A stretch of DNA of 23,230 nucleotides, taken from NCBI GenBank assembly GCA_964014485.1, contig CAXHAT010000132.1, positions 1 through 23,230 on the forward strand. Reading direction: 5' to 3'. This DNA comes from an uncultured Deferribacteres bacterium (GTDB taxonomy: Bacteria; Zhuqueibacterota; Zhuqueibacteria; Zhuqueibacterales; Geothermadaptataceae). Under the pieces are notes generated by a model. It was not told the origin of the DNA. It worked only from the letters and a program-made list of their open reading frames with translations, and made no database searches. How positions within the stretch are numbered: the stretch's first letter is position 1; each line of letters starts with the position of its first letter. Positions 8,271-15,196 of the stretch are shown here, piece by piece. Made by a program: the position numbers and the translations under genes.

Positions 8271-10775
8271 TCAATCAGATGCCGGCAGGTAGATTGTAAA
8301 AACAGTCCCGGCGTCGATCTGGCTTTCGACTTCAATGTGCGCGTCGTGGAGATCGATGATTTTTTTGACGATGGCAAGTCCGAGGCCGCTGCCGTTTTCC
8401 GAGGTTGTGTAAGACAACTCGAAAATTTCATCGAGTTTGCCGACCGGGACTCCGCAGCCTGTGTCTTTGACTTCGATAACCGCAAAATCCTGCGGTTCGG
8501 CAGCGTTTGCAAGATAAAGTTTTCTTTCAATCTGGGTTGTGACTGTGACAACGCCGCCGTCCGGCATGGCGTTTACGGCGTTCGAGACGAGATTTTTCAG
8601 CAGTTCATGAAACTGCTCCTGATCGATTTTCACCGTGACGCTCTCGGAAGCAAGATGCGTATGCAAGGTAATATCAAGCGGCAGCTCGGTTTTGAGGCGG
8701 CCGCACTCGGCGCGCATTAGTTTCCCGAAATCACACGACTGCAAATTCGGCTTTTCAAGATCGACGAGCTTCATAAAATTGCGCGTCACGCGGCGCAGGT
8801 TGTCAATCTGATCGATGTTGCGGGTGGTGTACTCGTCCAATGAATTTTGCAAATCGCGCGGAATCCGATCCTGATATTCCAACTGCATGCGCTGTGAGGT
8901 GAGTTGAATGCCCGAAAGCGAATTCTTCACGTCATGCGCGATGCGCTGGGACATAATCCGCCAGGAGCGCGCTTTCAAATATTCGTTTTCCCTTGTTTGA
9001 TTGACAAACGTCAGCAGCCACAGCGGTTTTTTCGAGAGTCCAAGATTCACCGGCTCCAACGCGACGCGGATCGTCTGCTGCATTCCTTCCCGATCAAAAA
9101 AGAATTTCGCATCTTGCCGCTGCGTCGGGTGCTGCGCCGCCGTGCGTAAAAACGCCGCCAATTCCGGCAGCTTGACAATTTCAACAAGTTCTTTATTTGT
9201 GAAAGCTTTGTCTTCAGACAGGTCGAACAGTCGAGCGAAACTGCTGTTGTAAGATTGAATGCGTCCGTCCGTGTGCAGCAAAACAACGCCGCGCCGGTCT
9301 GACTCAATCGTCGTTTCCTGAACGCTGCGCAGCTTACGGTAGCGGCCGCGATAGGCGACAAATCCGAAGATCAAACTAAAAACGGACAGCGCTGCAAGAA
9401 CGGCGAGGGATGGTTTGCCGTAGCGATAGAACAAGTAGTATGGATTTTCTTTGAGACGGATCATTGTCGCGCTTTTGGGATTGTTAAAAATAATGACGGG
9501 ATCAGAATTACCCGTTCTTGCGAAACGTTCGCTTAAAGTTTTTGGGTGGTGTTGAGCGTTATCAAAAGGTATGCGGCACTTTAACTTCAAATCCGCCCCA
9601 AGAATTAATCGTCCCTTGTCAGTGCGAACAATGATTTCGGGGAGACCGTCCCCATCAAGATCCTTTACTGAGTCTACATAATAAAGCAAGTATTTCATCT
9701 TGTTTCGTCGAATGATTTCAAATTGTCGATCTAAAATTAAGACCTCGCCAGCACCATTAACGGCAAGAACTTCAAGTTTTAAATCGCGGTCGGTATCAAG
9801 AACATTTTTTACAACAACCTGCTCATTGAAAACTCGTTGGACGCTTTTATTCATCGTGCGAAGGTCGATAAATTCGAAAGTCGTACTTTTGTGGCTTTCC
9901 AGCCCCCAGATCGTAAATAGAAGTTCTTTTTGTTGATCATTGTTGAAGTCATCATAGAACATAATGATGCGTGACCATTGTACAGTAAATTCCTTCGACC
10001 ACTTTATCGTGGGAGGAAGATCGGCGTTAAAGTTAATCAAATATGATCTGTCATCACTAAACCCTGCTGTATCCGCACCGTTATTTGTCGCCGCCGTGCT
10101 GGCGAGGATTTCATATTTTCCGTCACCGTCAAAATCATCAAGAAATTCGTTTTTTAGTGCGGCGCCGATATTGACATCTCCTAATAATTGGCCTTCGGGA
10201 AACGAGTGGACAAAGACTCCTCTCGGCTGACGAGCATACCCAGTATTTATAACGCTTACCAGTTCGACTTTTCCATCACTGGTAAGGTCCAGGAGGTAAA
10301 AATTCAGTATCGTCGGGTCCCAGGACAAAACAGAGTCGTTTTCTATTCGCGGCTTCCCTTTAGTCAGAAAAATCGAGCTTTCTATTTTCCCCTTGGCATC
10401 AAGAATATGGACAGATAAGGAATCATTGCGCAGGATTGGCAAAAATATTTCAGTAACGCCATCGTCCCGCCAGTCAAGAAAGAATGGTTCGAGCAAAATA
10501 CCGTAAAAATTGACTTGATCGACAATATGTCCTTCAGCGGTAAATATTGTAATGTTGGAAGTTTCGTAGCCAGAAAATGCGTCATAAGGAATAGATAATC
10601 GAATAAGCTCATCGACCTGATCATTGTCGAGATCATATGGGAAAATTGGGCCTTCGAACTCTTTTGTTACTTCATACGAATAGGGCAGTTCTTCAGGAGA
10701 ATAGTTTTGCTCCGAACAAGCGGAGAAGGTCAGCGAAAGAACACCTAATCCAAGCCAAAACCGGGCTGTTTTCAT
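8271..10775 (-). CDS. Sensor histidine kinase (NtrY-like core) with lipoprotein signal, FG-GAP-like beta-propeller sensor, one TM helix, PAS, HisKA, HATPase_c
   Basis: MKTARFWLGLGVLSLTFSAC lipobox. Seven DxDxDG-like motifs. TM SLAVLAALSVFSLIFGFVAY. H-box QRIAHDVKNSL, N-box NLVSNAVNA, and G-boxes EVKDTGCG and GSGLGLAIVKKI. Start placed at 10775 because it yields a canonical signal peptide (track start 10868). Confidence 0.9.
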   Translation of the reverse strand: MKTARFWLGLGVLSLTFSACSEQNYSPEELPYSYEVTKEFEGPIFPYDLDNDQVDELIRLSIPYDAFSGYETSNITIFTAEGHIVDQVNFYGILLEPFFLDWRDDGVTEIFLPILRNDSLSVHILDAKGKIESSIFLTKGKPRIENDSVLSWDPTILNFYLLDLTSDGKVELVSVINTGYARQPRGVFVHSFPEGQLLGDVNIGAALKNEFLDDFDGDGKYEILASTAATNNGADTAGFSDDRSYLINFNADLPPTIKWSKEFTVQWSRIIMFYDDFNNDQQKELLFTIWGLESHKSTTFEFIDLRTMNKSVQRVFNEQVVVKNVLDTDRDLKLEVLAVNGAGEVLILDRQFEIIRRNKMKYLLYYVDSVKDLDGDGLPEIIVRTDKGRLILGADLKLKCRIPFDNAQHHPKTLSERFARTGNSDPVIIFNNPKSATMIRLKENPYYLFYRYGKPSLAVLAALSVFSLIFGFVAYRGRYRKLRSVQETTIESDRRGVVLLHTDGRIQSYNSSFARLFDLSEDKAFTNKELVEIVKLPELAAFLRTAAQHPTQRQDAKFFFDREGMQQTIRVALEPVNLGLSKKPLWLLTFVNQTRENEYLKARSWRIMSQRIAHDVKNSLSGIQLTSQRMQLEYQDRIPRDLQNSLDEYTTRNIDQIDNLRRVTRNFMKLVDLEKPNLQSCDFGKLMRAECGRLKTELPLDITLHTHLASESVTVKIDQEQFHELLKNLVSNAVNAMPDGGVVTVTTQIERKLYLANAAEPQDFAVIEVKDTGCGVPVGKLDEIFELSYTTSENGSGLGLAIVKKIIDLHDAHIEVESQIDAGTVFTIYLPASD

Positions 10776-10877
10776 ATCCGGACCTCGCGCGTCGGACTTT
10801 ATAAAACGATGGGAATTGAATATTTGGGGGTGAACAGATAAAAATAAGGCGGGAAACGGAAGATGCAATCAAATTTG

Positions 10878-12233
10878 TTAATTTCGAATATCGTATTGCT
10901 TCATTTTTTTCCACAAATGGCCGCGCTGCACGCCGAGTGCTTTGGCCGTTTTTTGAATTTTGCCATTGTTGTCGGTTAACGCCTGAATGATGTAATCGCG
11001 CTCAAATGCGGCGCGGGCCTGGCGCAGCGTGCCCATGTTTGACTTTTCCTCAACCTCGGCGGTATCCTGAAGCGCCGCTTTGATTTGGGCCGCGCCTATC
11101 GTTTTATCCGAACCAAGCACAGCCGCCCTTTCGATGGCGTGTCTGAGTTCCCTGACGTTACCGGGCCAATGATAATTCATCAGCACCGCCCACACGTCTT
11201 GCGAGAAAACCTTGGCGGACAGTCCTTGCGTTTTGCAGACTTCATCCAGAAAAAACGCCGCTAACGGCTGAACGTCGTTTTTGCGTTCGCACAGGGGCGG
11301 CAGCGAAACCGGAATGACGTTGATGCGAAAATAAAGGTCTTCGCGAAAGTTCCCCGCTTCAACCTCTTGTTTCAGGTCTCTGTTCGTCGCGGCAATCAGC
11401 CTGAGGTCAATTTTAACCGGGCCTTTCCCGCCAATCGGGTCGATGGTTTTCGCATCGACCGCATGCAGCAGTTTCGCCTGCATCCTCAGGCTCATTTCGC
11501 CGATCTCGTCCAAAAAAAGCGTGCCGCCCTGCGCCTGCTGAAATTTGCCTTTCCGGTCGGCGGTTGCGCCGGTAAACGCGCCTTTGGCATAGCCAAAAAA
11601 TTCACTTTCGATCAGGGTTTCCGGGATGGCGGCGCAATTGACCGGCACGAAGGGGAAAGCGGCTCGCTTGCTGTTGAGATGAATGGCGCGCGCCGCCAAT
11701 TCCTTACCTGTGCCGTTCGCGCCGGTGACCAGCACCGTGCTGTCGACGGCGGCGGCGCGGTCTATGCGTACAAAAACGTCCTCCATCTTGCCGTCGCCGC
11801 CAATCATTTTGTAGCGCGAGCGCGATTCTTCGAGCAAGCGGTCGCGTTCGATTTTCAACCTGCGCTGCTCAAGCGCACGCCGAATTGTTAACAAAATCCG
11901 CTCGGCTTCAAGAGGCTTTTCAATAAAATCATAGGCGCCGAGTCTGGTAATTTCCATGGCTTTTTGAATCGTTCCGTAAGCGCTGATAATAATGATCTGC
12001 ATCTCCGGACGCATTTCAAGCGCACGTTTCAAAACCTCGACGCCTTTCATTCGCGGCAGTTCAAGGTCCAACAAGACCAAGTCGATCTGTTCGTTTTTTA
12101 TGATCTCGACGGCTTCTTTACCGTCCCGAGCGGAAGTGCAATCGAACCCTTTGAAACGCAGAATCTCCGTCAGGCTTTTACGAATCGCCGACTCATCATC
12201 CGCGATTAATATTTTTGTCTGTTTCGTCAGCAT
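10878..12233 (-). CDS. Sigma-54-dependent two-component response regulator, NtrC/NtrX family (REC-AAA+-Fis HTH)
   Basis: ILIADDE, LLDLELP, GANGTGKE (Walker A), intact GAFTGA loop, LFLDEIGEM, FREDLYFRINV, WPGNVREL and a C-terminal HTH. Confidence 0.95.
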   Translation of the reverse strand: MLTKQTKILIADDESAIRKSLTEILRFKGFDCTSARDGKEAVEIIKNEQIDLVLLDLELPRMKGVEVLKRALEMRPEMQIIIISAYGTIQKAMEITRLGAYDFIEKPLEAERILLTIRRALEQRRLKIERDRLLEESRSRYKMIGGDGKMEDVFVRIDRAAAVDSTVLVTGANGTGKELAARAIHLNSKRAAFPFVPVNCAAIPETLIESEFFGYAKGAFTGATADRKGKFQQAQGGTLFLDEIGEMSLRMQAKLLHAVDAKTIDPIGGKGPVKIDLRLIAATNRDLKQEVEAGNFREDLYFRINVIPVSLPPLCERKNDVQPLAAFFLDEVCKTQGLSAKVFSQDVWAVLMNYHWPGNVRELRHAIERAAVLGSDKTIGAAQIKAALQDTAEVEEKSNMGTLRQARAAFERDYIIQALTDNNGKIQKTAKALGVQRGHLWKKMKQYDIRN

Positions 12234-12247
12234 AGTTCAGGGAACGA

Positions 12248-12265
12248 TGTCTTGTTTTGGCGACA
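12248..12265. promoter_or_regulatory. Third YGTC-N10-GACR palindrome, putative autoregulatory operator
   Basis: TGTC-ttgttttggc-GACA, ~15 nt upstream of the regulator's ATG (12233), with the same geometry as the sites at 8218 and 8241. Confidence 0.5.
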
Positions 12266-12595
12266 CAAGAGTACAATTTGCTTGATCACAAGCATTGTGG
12301 AACAATAATGGCGCCTTACGCAAACCGCCTGGCTTTGGGGCGATATCGCCCTTATGTTAGAAGTGCGCTTCGGCTTGCGGCAGAGTGCATAATTCCATTT
12401 TGCGTTGCTTTGAGTATAGAACAGCGCCTTTGTATTATCAAGCGAAACGGTTCGCCTTAAGAATAAATTTGAGAACGTAGAAGTTAGTCAAAATATTGTT
12501 GGACGATGTCATGAAGGCTTTATTTTGGGAATTTCATTTTAACTCAAAAGACGCATCCTCGCGATGCGATTCCAGATTGTTGTTCAGGCGGAATC

Positions 12596-14926
12596 ATGAC
12601 GTTTGAAATAGGATTTCTTTTCGCGCTGCTGGCCGTGATGGTTTGGCTCTTTCTTACTGAAAAGCTGCCGGTTGATCTCACGGCTTTTCTTGGCCTGACC
12701 ATTTTGATCCTTGCCGGTTACCTCACGCCGGAAGAAGCGTTCACCGGCTTTGCTTCACCGGCAGTCATCACGATGCTGGCTATTTTTATCGTCGGCGCAG
12801 CGCTGCTTGAAACGGGCGTCGCGGATTCTGTTGGCGGAAAAGTTCACGCCATTGTCGGCGGCAAAGAAGTGCCGCTGATCATCACCATCATGCTTGTCGC
12901 CGGAATTTTGTCGGCGTTTATGAACAACATCGCCGCCGCCGCCGTGCTGATGCCCGCCGTTGCCAGCATTGCGCATCGCGCCGGACTTTCGCCTTCGCGC
13001 TTGTTTATGCCGCTCTCTTTTGGCGCGATTCTCGGCGGTACGACAACGCTTGTCGGCACGCCGCCGAACATTCTTGCCGCCGCCATGCTGAAGGAGCGCG
13101 GTCTCGAGCCGTTTGAACTCTTCGACTTTACGCCGCTCGGCCTAGTGCTCCTTTTGACCGGGGTCGTTTTTATGGCAACCATCGGTCGCCGCTTGCTGCC
13201 CAACCGTCCTTTAACGCCGGAGCCTTCTGGCGAGAAGAACCTGGCCCAGGTTTACCAGCTTAACGAACGCCTTTTCTCCATTCGCTTGCCGCAAAGTTCT
13301 CCCTTGCACGGCCAAACCTTGGGCAAGGCGCATCTTGGCGCTGTGCTCGGCGTTCAGGTGGTGGCTATTTTACGAGACGGCGAACGCAAGCTGGCGCCTC
13401 ACGCCAACACAGTTTTGAAACGCGGGGACGTCCTTTTGGTCGAAGGCAAGCTGGCGGACTTGCAAGAGCTTTTTCACGTTCAAAACGTCGAGATTCAGAA
13501 AACGGCGCTTAGCGACCTGCCGCGCCCGAAAAGAGGCGTGACGGGATTCCGGCTTTTGCTAACCGGCGAATCGAAATTGGTCGGCCAAAGTTTGAGAGAA
13601 TTACGCTTCCGCGATCGCTACGAAGTGATCGTCGTTGGAATTCGGCGCGGGGAGGCGCTGCTGCGCGAAAATCTGGCGTCCGAGACGTTAAAGGCCGGTG
13701 ATCAGCTTTTAGCGTTGGGAACGCGCTCTCAGGCAGAATCGCTCAAATCCAGCCCGGATTTTGAAGTTCGGGAAACCGGCCTCGCAACCGTCGCACAGCT
13801 TCAATCGCAGTTGTTCGTGATTCGGGTGCCGAAAGGCTCGTCGCTCGTTGGTTTAACGGTCGGCAAAAGTCGGATCGGCGAACTGACGGACGTGACGATT
13901 GGCGGCATGATTCGCAACGGCGAGACGCGTCTGGCCGTCGCTCCGGATGAAGTGATCCGCGCAGGTGACAGGCTTTTGGTTTCAGGAGAACCATCACGTA
14001 TTGTTCACCTGCTCGAAATTGGAGAAATTCACCTGGACTCCGAGGTTGAGGAGCCGGTACTGGATTCGGAAAACGTCGGCGTTGTTGAAGCGGCGGTTGC
14101 GCCGCGTTCAGCTTTGGCAGGAAAGACGTTGCGTGATCTCGCTTTCCGCAAAAAGTATGGTTTGCAGGTGATCGCGATTTGGCGGGAAGGAAAAGCCATT
14201 CGCGAGGACTTGGCGGACGAGGCTCTCCGTTTCGGTGACGCGATTTTGCTGCAAGGTTCCTGGGAAAATATCCGCCAGTTGGCCGCAAACGACGATTTTG
14301 TCGTGCTTTCTCAAACGGCGCAAACGGCGCGCAAAACAAAAAAAGCGCCTTACGCCTTGGGCGGGCTCTTCTTGATGGTCGCTATGGTTGTCACCGGATT
14401 TCAGCCGATTCACGTCGCCGCATTCGCCGCCGCCAGCCTCATCATCTTGTCCGGCGCCTTGAAAATGCAGGAGGCTTACCGCGCGATCGAGTGGCGCGCC
14501 ATTTTTCTCGTCGCCGCCGTTCTTCCCGTTGGATTTGCCATGGAGCGCACCGGCGCGGCATTGCTGCTTGCCGACACGCTCACCAATTTCGCCGGGCCGT
14601 TGGGGCCGTACGCGATTCTTGCCGGGATGGTTTTGCTTTCCAGCATGCTCAGTCAAGGACTTGACGGCGCGCCCGCTGTTGTTTTGCTTACTCCCGTTGT
14701 TATTCAGGCGGCCCAGCAGCTCAACATGAGCCCGTATCCAATCATGATGGGCGTCAGCCTCGCCGCTTCCGCCGCTTTCATGACGCCGTTCAGCCACAAG
14801 GCCAATTTGTTGGTCATGGGCGCTGGCGGTTATCGCTCGATGGATTACATCAAAGTCGGCACGCCGCTGACGATTGTTATGTTGATTTTGCTGGTTTTGC
14901 TCGTTCCGGTTTTCTATCCGATTTAG
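12596..14926 (+). CDS. SLC13/CitMHS-family anion:sodium symporter with four TrkA-C (RCK_C) domains
   Basis: LSAFMNNIAAAAVLMP, LGGTTTLVGTPPNIL and SAAFMTPFSHKANLLVMGAGGYRSMDYIKVG. Four S.L.G.TL...R.G...L..GD.LL repeats lie in the central soluble region. Confidence 0.92.
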   Translation: MTFEIGFLFALLAVMVWLFLTEKLPVDLTAFLGLTILILAGYLTPEEAFTGFASPAVITMLAIFIVGAALLETGVADSVGGKVHAIVGGKEVPLIITIMLVAGILSAFMNNIAAAAVLMPAVASIAHRAGLSPSRLFMPLSFGAILGGTTTLVGTPPNILAAAMLKERGLEPFELFDFTPLGLVLLLTGVVFMATIGRRLLPNRPLTPEPSGEKNLAQVYQLNERLFSIRLPQSSPLHGQTLGKAHLGAVLGVQVVAILRDGERKLAPHANTVLKRGDVLLVEGKLADLQELFHVQNVEIQKTALSDLPRPKRGVTGFRLLLTGESKLVGQSLRELRFRDRYEVIVVGIRRGEALLRENLASETLKAGDQLLALGTRSQAESLKSSPDFEVRETGLATVAQLQSQLFVIRVPKGSSLVGLTVGKSRIGELTDVTIGGMIRNGETRLAVAPDEVIRAGDRLLVSGEPSRIVHLLEIGEIHLDSEVEEPVLDSENVGVVEAAVAPRSALAGKTLRDLAFRKKYGLQVIAIWREGKAIREDLADEALRFGDAILLQGSWENIRQLAANDDFVVLSQTAQTARKTKKAPYALGGLFLMVAMVVTGFQPIHVAAFAAASLIILSGALKMQEAYRAIEWRAIFLVAAVLPVGFAMERTGAALLLADTLTNFAGPLGPYAILAGMVLLSSMLSQGLDGAPAVVLLTPVVIQAAQQLNMSPYPIMMGVSLAASAAFMTPFSHKANLLVMGAGGYRSMDYIKVGTPLTIVMLILLVLLVPVFYPI

Positions 14927-14933
14927 CCGCTCT

Positions 14934-15130
14934 CTACCTGACACTTTTTTGTAAACTGCATTTTGGAGCCGTCGAAAGGCCCCGTTTTGTCATTTTGAAA
15001 GAATCTTTGTTATTGCCCAGTACAGATCATGCCGAAAAGTTCAAGGGTTGGATCAAAAAAGATGCTTCCAGCATGACAATTCCGGCCTTCTTCGCCAGCT
15101 TTGGAAGCCTACAGAAAAAGTGTCAGGTAG
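14934..15130. mobile_element. ~197-bp palindromic MITE/REPIN-like element
   Basis: Perfect 16-bp terminal inverted repeats CTACCTGACACTTTTT / AAAAAGTGTCAGGTAG. Inner arms 14987-15008 vs 15058-15079 match 18/22. The ends read C-TA[...]TA-G, compatible with a TA duplication in a CTAG target. Confidence 0.6.
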
Positions 15131-15196
15131 TGAATTTAGTTGGGGCAATAGCCCCATCGCAAATTAATTACCCAAAACATTTATTTCGCAGGCTCC

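Noticed and set aside
12298..12313. Plus-strand GG-N10-GC (TGGAACAATAATGGCG) as a sigma-54 promoter for the SLC13 gene
   Set aside because: Weak consensus match, only ~35 nt from the palindrome and ~280 nt from the next start.
13743..14944. 198-aa and 278-aa minus-strand ORFs
   Set aside because: Antisense to the SLC13 transporter.
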